The position numbers and the translations under genes are program-made. Positions 1-7,015 of a DNA stretch of 17,050 nt are shown piece by piece. The stretch covers positions 1 to 17,050 of the forward strand of contig JBDLIE010000055.1 of the NCBI GenBank assembly GCA_039715015.1, given 5' to 3'. The notes under the pieces are model-generated. The model saw only the letters and a program-made list of their open reading frames with translations. It was not told the origin of the DNA and did no database searches. Position 1 is the stretch's first letter; the number at the start of each line of letters is the position of its first letter. Source of the DNA: Thermodesulfobacteriota bacterium. GTDB lineage: Bacteria > Desulfobacterota > Desulfobulbia > Desulfobulbales > SURF-16.

Positions 1-6
1 CTCGCC

Positions 7-321
7 TTATCGGGCTAATGATTCCAGATACATCTTCAACGACTCCATGGCAACGGTCTTTTCATTCAAGGCCTCCCCTTTTAACGGGCCCTTGATACAC
101 ATATTTATCATCTTGGTAAGGTTGGGATTGGCGCCGGCCTTTGCCATGCCTTTGCCGTCTGGGTGACAGGTTGTGCAGCTGACAGCATTTTGGGAGGCGC
201 CCAAGCCAGGATTGGCGAAGAGCTTTTTGCCCAGCCCCACCGATGCCTTTTCAGCTGCCGCTGGCAGAGCTATACATCCAAACATCAATGTTACCGCACC
301 AATGATCTTTACTTTTTTCAT
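7..321 (-). CDS. Small exported monoheme c-type cytochrome with a SoxA/TsdA-like C-terminal half
   Basis: Sec-type signal peptide (MKKVKIIGAVTLMFGCIALPAAA), one CxxCH (CTTCH), downstream INMCIKGPLKG motif. RBS AAGGAGG precedes ATG ATG ATG (327/324/321); spacing favours the third ATG. Stop TAA at 7-9. Confidence 0.85.
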   Translation of the reverse strand: MKKVKIIGAVTLMFGCIALPAAAEKASVGLGKKLFANPGLGASQNAVSCTTCHPDGKGMAKAGANPNLTKMINMCIKGPLKGEALNEKTVAMESLKMYLESLAR

Positions 322-355
322 CATCATCCTCCTTGGTCAGTCATGAAAAATAGTA

Positions 356-391
356 GCCAGGGGGCAATATAGTAAGTGCTTGCCCCCTGGC
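356..391 (-). terminator. GC-rich 12-bp hairpin with T-rich tail on the minus strand, in the leader of the cytochrome gene
   Basis: GCCAGGGGGCAA (356-367) is the exact reverse complement of TTGCCCCCTGGC (380-391), with a 12-nt loop. On the minus strand it is followed by TACTATTTTT. Hairpin is seen; terminator function is inferred. Confidence 0.55.
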
Positions 392-408
392 CGTATTAAT
401 AGGAATAT

Positions 409-439
409 ATTCTATCACTCTATGCAATTCAGGTGACAA
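409..439 (-). promoter_or_regulatory. Candidate sigma70 promoter (extended -10) for the cytochrome gene
   Basis: Minus strand reads TTGTCA (439-434), 19 nt, TAGAAT (414-409), with TG one base before the -10. Palindrome GAATATATTC (403-412) overlaps the -10. Confidence 0.35.
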
Positions 440-480
440 ATGGCAAAATCTTTCTCAAAAGAATACCTTCCTGGAAAAGA

Positions 481-509
481 TCGCCAGGGAGCCAATGTCC
501 TTTTATAAA
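481..509 (+). promoter_or_regulatory. Candidate sigma70 promoter for the thioesterase gene
   Basis: TCGCCA (481-486), 17 nt, TATAAA (504-509), ending 27 nt before ATG 537. Consensus match only. Confidence 0.25.
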
Positions 510-536
510 ATAGAGCAACCAGCAAACAGGAAAAAA

Positions 537-1013
537 ATGAGCAGCAAAGCTTTTCAGGAGTATTACCCAGATCATTTGAGTCATTGCTATGGCTGTGGGC
601 GTCTTAACGATCATGGCCTCCACATCAAGAGCTCCTGGGATGGAGAGGAGAGTGTCAGCACCTTTACGCCCGAGCCCTACCATATGGCGGTGCCGGGCAT
701 TGTTTACGGCGGCCTGATTGCCTCACTCATCGATTGCCACGGCACCGGTACCGCGGCAGCGGCTGCCTACCGTGCCGAAGGGCGGAAGATGGACAGCGAG
801 CCACCCCTGCGTTTTCTGACCGCCTCGCTCCATGTTGATTATCTGCGGCCCACGCCCATGGGAGGCCCTTTGGAGCTGAGGGGCAAGGTCCTGGAAATCA
901 AGGACAGAAAAATTATTGTTCAGGTTCGCCTGTCGGCTGAGCAAAAGCTCTGCGCCAAAGGCAAGGTCGTGGCCGTCCGGGTCCCGGAGGAGATGCTTCA
1001 CAGGAGGAGCTAG
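537..1013 (+). CDS. PaaI-family hotdog-fold thioesterase
   Basis: HCYGCG..NxHGL motif, hotdog helix GIVYGGLIASLIDCHG, TASLHVDYLRPTP strand. ATG 537 follows AGGA plus an A-run; the ORF could extend to 495. Confidence 0.85.
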   Translation: MSSKAFQEYYPDHLSHCYGCGRLNDHGLHIKSSWDGEESVSTFTPEPYHMAVPGIVYGGLIASLIDCHGTGTAAAAAYRAEGRKMDSEPPLRFLTASLHVDYLRPTPMGGPLELRGKVLEIKDRKIIVQVRLSAEQKLCAKGKVVAVRVPEEMLHRRS

Positions 1014-2713
1014 CTCCCCTTTTGCATTTTCTCCAGGGCAATTTCACGCATGCGAAATTTCTGGATCTTGCCGGTGACCGTCATAGGGAAATCATCAACA
1101 AACCAGATGTATTTGGGGATGTTATAGTGGGCGATTTTGTCCTTACAGAACTCTTTCATCTCCTCCGCGGTGGCCGTTTTCCCCTCATGGAGCAAAATCC
1201 AGGCCATTACCTCCTCACCATAATACTCATCCGGCAGGCCTAAAACCGCCACCTGGGCAATCTTGGGGTGGGTGAAGAGAAAATCTTCGATCTCCCGTGG
1301 GTAGATATTTTCTCCGCCACGGATAATCATGTCCTTGAGGCGGCCGGTCACCTGCACATAGCCCTCCTGATCCATCTTGCCCAAATCACCGGAATGGAGC
1401 CAGCCCTCATCATCAATGGCCCTATGCGTGGCCTCCTGATCGCCGTAGTAGCCGTGCATGAGATGATAGCCGCGAAAACAGATCTCGCCGATCTCGCCCA
1501 GGGCCAGGGTCTGCCCATCTGAGGAGTCAACGATCTTGACCTCCTGGTGCGGCAGGTTGCGGCCCACGCTTTCGGTGCGCCGCGCAAAGCTGTCATCGCT
1601 GGTGGTAAGATGGGTGATGGGGGAGGCCTCTGTCTGGCCGTAGCCGATGAGAATCTCGCCACAGTGCATCTCGTTGATGACCCGCGTCATCAGGGCTGGC
1701 GGGCACGGGGCCCCGGCCATGATCCCAGTGCGGAGCGAGGTGAGATCATATCGGCCAAAGTCGGGGTGCTCCAACTCGGCGATGAACATGGTGGGCACGC
1801 CATGCACCGCCGTGCAACGCTCCTGATCGATGGCCGCCAGCACCTGGCCCGGGTCAAAATGTTCACAGGGGATGACGATGCAGGCGCCAACGGAAAGACA
1901 GAGGAGGTTGGCCAGCACCATGCCGAAACAGTGGTAAAAGGGGACTGAGACACAGAGCCGGTCCTGCTCTGTAAAATGCATGGCCCGGGCCGAAAAATAG
2001 GCGTTATTGAGGATATTATGATGGCTCAAGAGCACGGCCTTGGGAAAGCCGGTGGTGCCCGAGGTGTACTGGATATTAATGGCCTCGTTCATCTCAAGGG
2101 AGGCGGTGAGCCGCTCCAGTTCCTTCGGGCTACAATCACCTCCTGCCGCAAGGACCTCCTGCCAAAGAGTGAATCCCGCTGCTGGTCCAGCTGTTTCTTT
2201 GGGCTTGGCCGGGTCATAGAGGATAACGCGGCGCAGGAATGGAAACTCCTCGCTCTTCAGCTCTTGACCGGGCCCTGCAAGTTCAGGGACAAGGTCAAGG
2301 AGCATGGCCACGTAGTCGCTGCTGTGAAAGGCTGGAATAACGAAGAGCCCCTGCACCTCGGAACGCTTCAGGGCATAGGCCAACTCCCGCTTGCGATAGG
2401 CCGGGTTGATATTGACCAGGATGGAGCCGATTCGGGCCGTGGCCATCTGGACCAGAAGCCATTCAAGATTATTGGTGGACCAGACCCCGATGCGGTCCCC
2501 CTTGCCATAGCCGCTGGCAACGAGCCCCATGGCCAGCCGGTCAATGGAGTTTGCCAGTTCAGCATAAGACAATCGCCGGTCTTGAGGAACAGAGACCACG
2601 GCCTCACGCTCGGCAAAGCGCTTGACCACGGCAAGAAAATATTCCGGGATAGTACTTGTGAGCAGGGGCATGTCCCCGCCCCGTTGAAAATAACTCTGTG
2701 ACTTCTCGTTCAT
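1010..2713 (-). CDS. AMP-forming acyl-CoA synthetase (YngI/ACSF2-like)
   Basis: Adenylation motifs INIQYTSGTTGFPK, PFYHCFG, GYGQTE, WLHSGD, GRLKDMIIRGGENIYPREIE, PMTVTGKIQKF. Start at 2713 (MNEK) follows GGAGG; the ORF track gives 2725. Confidence 0.92.
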   Translation of the reverse strand: MNEKSQSYFQRGGDMPLLTSTIPEYFLAVVKRFAEREAVVSVPQDRRLSYAELANSIDRLAMGLVASGYGKGDRIGVWSTNNLEWLLVQMATARIGSILVNINPAYRKRELAYALKRSEVQGLFVIPAFHSSDYVAMLLDLVPELAGPGQELKSEEFPFLRRVILYDPAKPKETAGPAAGFTLWQEVLAAGGDCSPKELERLTASLEMNEAINIQYTSGTTGFPKAVLLSHHNILNNAYFSARAMHFTEQDRLCVSVPFYHCFGMVLANLLCLSVGACIVIPCEHFDPGQVLAAIDQERCTAVHGVPTMFIAELEHPDFGRYDLTSLRTGIMAGAPCPPALMTRVINEMHCGEILIGYGQTEASPITHLTTSDDSFARRTESVGRNLPHQEVKIVDSSDGQTLALGEIGEICFRGYHLMHGYYGDQEATHRAIDDEGWLHSGDLGKMDQEGYVQVTGRLKDMIIRGGENIYPREIEDFLFTHPKIAQVAVLGLPDEYYGEEVMAWILLHEGKTATAEEMKEFCKDKIAHYNIPKYIWFVDDFPMTVTGKIQKFRMREIALEKMQKGS

Positions 2714-2759
2714 GCCCACCTCCATGCACGGAACGTGAACAACGGCTCTTTATAGCTGC

Positions 2760-3872
2760 CTAAAATAAATGCCAGCGCTTGAGTTCCATGGCCTTTTGCA
2801 AACGCTGGATGGCAAGTTCCATGGCGGCTTCGCGCGGCGTTATCTGTTTTTCACGCACCTTTTCAAGCACCAAGGAGGTGTTTGTCCGCACCTTTTCCTC
2901 GATGGTTTCAAGGGCCGCCTTCTCACTGGCGCCGGCATACTCCATGGCCGCGCAGATGACGCCCCCGGCATTGGCAATAAAATCCGGAATGCAGAGAATG
3001 CCCTTGTCATGCAGATACTTTTCTGCGCCATGGGTGATCGGGATGTTGGCCCCCTCCACAACGAGCCTGGTCTGCAGGCGATGGACATTATTGCCATTAA
3101 TCACATCCGGTCGGGCCGCAGGAATCCAGATATCGCAGGCAATGTCGATGATCTCCCCCCTGGGCAGCCTCTCTCCTTTTGCATAGTCAGCAACACTTTT
3201 TCCTTCTTGCTTCAAGGTGATGAGTTCTTCGATGTCCAGGCCATCCGGATTGTAAATGGTTCCGCTGCTGTCTGCCGTGGCAACCAGAATGACGCCCCTT
3301 TTGGCAAGAAATCGGGCCGCATGTTTACCCACCGCGCCAAAGCCCTGCACAGCCAGGCGAGCACCATTCAATTCGAGGTCGGCAAACTCAGCGCCAATCT
3401 CCGCTGCCTGATCCACCCCCATGCCAGTGGCCCCGATCTCATCCAAGGGGATGCCGCCCAACTCCCGAGGCAGGCCCACCGAGCGCCCGATCTCATCCTT
3501 GACCCAGGCCATGGCCCTTTCGTCCGTGCCCATATCCGGCCCGAAGATATAATGCTCCTCACCCCTAAGGGCGCAGGCCAGGCAGCGGATGAGCTGCTCT
3601 TTTTTCTCCAGGTCCATCTTTGCATCACCATAAAGAACGAGCTTGCCGCCGCCATGATCAAGCCCGGCGGCGGCATTCTTCAAGGTCATGGCCCGGGCCA
3701 ACCTGGCGCACTCTTCGGTGCTCACGTCCGGTGCCATGCGGACCCCGCCAATGGAAGGGCCCATGGCCACATTATCCACCACCAGGGTTGCCTTGAGTCC
3801 GATGGAGGGTTCCTGGACATAAATCTCTTTTATCGGCCCTAATTCGTCTGCGCTGGTAAAACCTGCCTCCAT
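2760..3872 (-). CDS. Glu/Leu/Phe/Val-family amino-acid dehydrogenase, probably Leu/Val/Phe type
   Basis: GPSIGGVRM, AMTLK, GGGK, GPDMGT, ATGMGV, QGFGAVG (NAD binding), EGAN, PDFIANAGGVI. RBS AGGAGG upstream. Confidence 0.92.
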   Translation of the reverse strand: MEAGFTSADELGPIKEIYVQEPSIGLKATLVVDNVAMGPSIGGVRMAPDVSTEECARLARAMTLKNAAAGLDHGGGKLVLYGDAKMDLEKKEQLIRCLACALRGEEHYIFGPDMGTDERAMAWVKDEIGRSVGLPRELGGIPLDEIGATGMGVDQAAEIGAEFADLELNGARLAVQGFGAVGKHAARFLAKRGVILVATADSSGTIYNPDGLDIEELITLKQEGKSVADYAKGERLPRGEIIDIACDIWIPAARPDVINGNNVHRLQTRLVVEGANIPITHGAEKYLHDKGILCIPDFIANAGGVICAAMEYAGASEKAALETIEEKVRTNTSLVLEKVREKQITPREAAMELAIQRLQKAMELKRWHLF

Positions 3873-3909
3873 TATTGACTCGCCTCCTGTTTCGTCACTC
3901 GTCTTTCCC

Positions 3910-4788
3910 TCACATTTCTTCAGGTCTTTTGAAAACCGCCCCAGCCCGGTATGAGCTCCTCACCAGGGGGCCAGACTCCACCCAGGCAAAGCCCAGATCC
4001 AGGGCCTCGGACTTGAGGGCCGCAAACTCCTCCGGGCGCCAGTAACGTACCACAGGGAGATGCTGTTTTGTCGGGGCAAGATACTGCCCTAAGGTCAGGA
4101 TATCACATCCAGCCTGGACTAGATCAAGCATAACCTCTCGGATCTCTTGTTTTTTTTCTCCAAGACCGAGCATAAGCCCCGACTTGACCAGCATCGCCGG
4201 GCGGGCGGCCTTGGCACGGGACAACAGCCTAAGCGAACGTTGATAACGGGCCTGGGGCCGTACCTGGGCATAGAGCCGCGGCACCGTCTCCAGATTATGG
4301 GCCACTATCTGAGGACCGGCTGAGACCACCTGTACCAGGGCCTTTGTGCTCCCCTTAAAATCAGGGATCAACACCTCAATGCTACACTCTGGACACTCCT
4401 GGCCAAGTTCATTGATGGTTGCGGCAAAGAGTGAAGCGCCACCATCGGGCAAATCATCCCTCGTCACAGAGGTGATCACCACGTGCCTGAGGCCCAGGGC
4501 ACCAACTGTTTGCGCCAAGCGCTCAGCCTCGCCCGCATCAGGCGGGCACGGCCTACCGTTCTTCACGGCACAAAAACGGCAAGAGCGCGTGCAGACATCG
4601 CCCAGGATGAGAAAGGTCGCTGTTCCCCTGCCCCAGCACTCCCCCCTGTTGGGGCAATGGGCCTCTTCGCAGACGCTATGAAGGCTGCCGTCCCGTAACA
4701 GTTCCTGCACCCGCTGGCTCTCCGGGCCATGGGGCAAACGCACCCTGAGCCAGGGAGGTTTATGTCTGGTCGCCGTCGTTAAGTTCAT
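3910..4788 (-). CDS. lipA: Lipoyl synthase
   Basis: KPPWLRV, auxiliary-cluster CEEAHCPNRGEC (CX4CX5C), radical SAM CTRSCRFC, HNLETV, KSGLMLGLGE, GQYL, GPLVRSSY. Start ATG 4788 after GAGGT overlaps the lipB end; the ORF track gives 4845. Confidence 0.95.
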   Translation of the reverse strand: MNLTTATRHKPPWLRVRLPHGPESQRVQELLRDGSLHSVCEEAHCPNRGECWGRGTATFLILGDVCTRSCRFCAVKNGRPCPPDAGEAERLAQTVGALGLRHVVITSVTRDDLPDGGASLFAATINELGQECPECSIEVLIPDFKGSTKALVQVVSAGPQIVAHNLETVPRLYAQVRPQARYQRSLRLLSRAKAARPAMLVKSGLMLGLGEKKQEIREVMLDLVQAGCDILTLGQYLAPTKQHLPVVRYWRPEEFAALKSEALDLGFAWVESGPLVRSSYRAGAVFKRPEEM

Positions 4789-5440
4789 AGTTGAATACCT
4801 CGGCAAAGGCCTGCACCACTTTACTTTGGACCTGTTGCATACCAACGGGCCTGTCTAGACAAACATTCAGGGAGGTGGCTGTCCTGTTAGACAACCCACA
4901 TGAAACAATCTTATCAAAATAATGCAAATCAGTGTCCACGTTGATGGCAAAGCCATGGCTGGTGACGTTATTGCCATCAAGCCTGACGCCGATGGCGGCA
5001 ATTTTTTCATTATTGACCCAGACACCGGTGGCAGGACGCTGCCCGCTCGGGGCTTGCTCTCTGTCGCCCTCAAGGCCAAAAGAGCCAAGGGTCTGGATCA
5101 CCATCGCTTCAAGATTCCGCAGGTAAGGGACGATCTCTCTTCTCTCCTTTAGCTGCAAGATGGGATAGCCGACCAGCTGGCCCGGGCCATGAAAAGTAAT
5201 TGCCCCTCCGCGGTCGACACGGCGCACGGCGACACCGTGCCTGGTCAGCCACTCCTTGGAAACCATAAAATGGCTGTCCTCGCTCTTGGGGCCCAAGGTA
5301 TAAGTAGGAGGGTGCTCAAGGAGAAGGAGGGTATCGGGGATTTCAGCCCGGCTGCGCTGGCCGGTAAGATCGCGCTGCAGAGAGAGGGCCCTATCGTACG
5401 CAACCAGCCCCAGCCGCCGGACCTGGCATCCTCTTTTGTT
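4760..5440 (-). CDS. lipB: Octanoyltransferase LipB; 5' start unresolved because no canonical start codon is in frame
   Basis: DRGGAITFHGPGQLVGYPI, KIAAIG, SHGFAIN, IVSCGL. Manual translation upstream of TTG 5296 gives RRLGLVAYDRALSLQ...DTLLLLEHPPTYTLG, the conserved LipB N-terminus. Confidence 0.88.
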   Translation of the reverse strand, partial: NKRGCQVRRLGLVAYDRALSLQRDLTGQRSRAEIPDTLLLLEHPPTYTLGPKSEDSHFMVSKEWLTRHGVAVRRVDRGGAITFHGPGQLVGYPILQLKERREIVPYLRNLEAMVIQTLGSFGLEGDREQAPSGQRPATGVWVNNEKIAAIGVRLDGNNVTSHGFAINVDTDLHYFDKIVSCGLSNRTATSLNVCLDRPVGMQQVQSKVVQAFAEVFNYELNDGDQT

Positions 5441-6857
5441 ATTTGCTGATAAAATGGGTCGAACTCCCCAGATATATTTCCGCAGCCTCGGCCTCGGTCT
5501 CGGTCAGGGAGGGGTGCGGGTGGATGGAGAGGGCCAGATCCTCTGCCAAGGCGCCCATTTCAATGGCCAGCACGCATTCGGCGATAAGGGCCTCGGCATC
5601 GCGACCGACAATGCCAGCCCCGCGGATGCGCCCGCTCTCAGGCTCCAGCACCAGCTTGGTCAGGCCATCGCTGATGCCCATGGTGGTGGCCCGGCCCGAA
5701 GCGCCCCATGGGAAGCGGACAACCTGCACGGCCGCGCCTTGTTTCTGGGCCTCCTGTTCGGTGAGGCCGCACCAGGCTATCTGCGGGTCGGTATAGACCA
5801 CGGCAGGAATGGCCCGCACGTCATAGGCCGAAGGCTGACCGGCGATGACTTCCGCCGCCACCTTGCCCTGGCGCATGGCGCGGTGGGCCAGCATGGGGCC
5901 GGGCACCACATCACCGATGGCAAAGATACTCGGTTCATCGGTCTGTTGTTTTTCATCAACGATGATAAAACCTTTTTCATCGAGCCTGACTCCGGTTTTT
6001 TCCAGACCCAACTCCTGGGCAGAGGGAACCCGCCCCATGGCAACCAGGACCCGGTCATATCGTTCCGCCCGGATTTCCCCCTTGTCATTTTTGAGCTGAA
6101 CATCAACGCCGTCCTTATGCTCGGCAAGGGAATCAATGACAGTTCCCAGGTGAATCTCCTCGCAGAGATCTTCCATGCGCCGGGCCAAAGGTTTGACCAG
6201 ATCGCGGTCCAGACCGCGTAGAAACTCACTGCGCACCACCATGCTCACCCGGCTGCCAAGGGCGGCATACACCTGCCCCATTTCCAGGGCGATATAGCCG
6301 CCGCCGACAATGAGCAAGCGTTCGGGTATGTCGGCAAGGTCAAGGGCCTCCGTGGAGGTCATGACCCTGCCGGCGGCTGTTACTTCATGACCGGGATAAA
6401 TCTGCGGCACCGAGCCGGTGGCCACGATGGCATGGCGGAACTTGATATGGGCCACATCAGCGCCGATGAGGCGTGCCGTATTTGGCCCTTCAAAAAAGGC
6501 CCTGGCCTGCAGCCATTGCACGTCGCGCTTTTCGGAAAGCCCGGCCAAACCGCGGCCCAGCTTATTGACCACGCTCTCCTTCCAGGAGCGCAATGCTTGA
6601 AGATCAAGCTGGGGCGGGCCGAACTGCACCCCCATCTTTTCCACCCGCGCGGCATCATGGATGAGTTCCGCAAGGTAGAGCAGGGTCTTTGAGGGGATAC
6701 ATCCTTCATAGAGGCAGACCCCGCCGATATTGTCGCGCTCATCAACAATGGTGACATCAAGGCCGAGGTCCGCCGCCCGAAAGGCGGCGGCATAACCGCC
6801 AGGCCCGGCGCCGATGATTAAGAGATCTGTTTTCTGGGTGATTTCTCCAACAACCAT
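5439..6857 (-). CDS. lpdA: Dihydrolipoamide dehydrogenase (E3)
   Basis: IGAGPGGY FAD motif, redox disulfide GGVCLYEGCIPSK, GGGYIALE NAD motif, IFAIGD, catalytic HPSLTE. Confidence 0.96.
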   Translation of the reverse strand: MVVGEITQKTDLLIIGAGPGGYAAAFRAADLGLDVTIVDERDNIGGVCLYEGCIPSKTLLYLAELIHDAARVEKMGVQFGPPQLDLQALRSWKESVVNKLGRGLAGLSEKRDVQWLQARAFFEGPNTARLIGADVAHIKFRHAIVATGSVPQIYPGHEVTAAGRVMTSTEALDLADIPERLLIVGGGYIALEMGQVYAALGSRVSMVVRSEFLRGLDRDLVKPLARRMEDLCEEIHLGTVIDSLAEHKDGVDVQLKNDKGEIRAERYDRVLVAMGRVPSAQELGLEKTGVRLDEKGFIIVDEKQQTDEPSIFAIGDVVPGPMLAHRAMRQGKVAAEVIAGQPSAYDVRAIPAVVYTDPQIAWCGLTEQEAQKQGAAVQVVRFPWGASGRATTMGISDGLTKLVLEPESGRIRGAGIVGRDAEALIAECVLAIEMGALAEDLALSIHPHPSLTETEAEAAEIYLGSSTHFISK

Positions 6858-6885
6858 GGAGGCTTCCTTTTGTTAAGACATTGTT

Positions 6886-7009
6886 GCAACTGTTCAGCAG
6901 TGCTCCAGGTAAGCGCAGACTCCGGATGTGTCCAAGCAGGCTTGCGAGGCATAGTCCATCTATCCGAGCGAGTCTGATCGGACACAGATGGGTGCGGCGG
7001 GACAGTTGC
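6886..7009. other. Structured intergenic element (candidate cis-regulatory RNA or MITE-like repeat)
   Basis: Terminal inverted repeat GCAACTGTTC (6886-6895) / GGACAGTTGC (7000-7009) encloses several internal complementary segments; see findings. Confidence 0.45.
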
Positions 7010-7015
7010 CGGGCA

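Noticed and set aside
436..496. Resemblance to a c-di-GMP-I (GEMM) riboswitch on the plus strand (GGCAAA...GCC)
   Set aside because: Lacks the GAAA tetraloop stem, the GACGCAAAG junction and the tetraloop receptor.
429..683. 84-aa minus-strand ORF upstream of the cytochrome gene, which could explain the hairpin at 356-391
   Set aside because: Largely antisense to the thioesterase, with no motif or clear RBS.
2769..3842. 357-aa plus-strand ORF antisense to the amino-acid dehydrogenase
   Set aside because: No recognisable motifs; lies in codon register opposite a real gene, as expected from GC-rich codon bias.
6995..7015. Cobalamin-riboswitch-like word TGCCCGGCAACTGT on the minus strand
   Set aside because: No upstream GGGAA element or downstream B12 box; the sequence upstream is E2 coding sequence.
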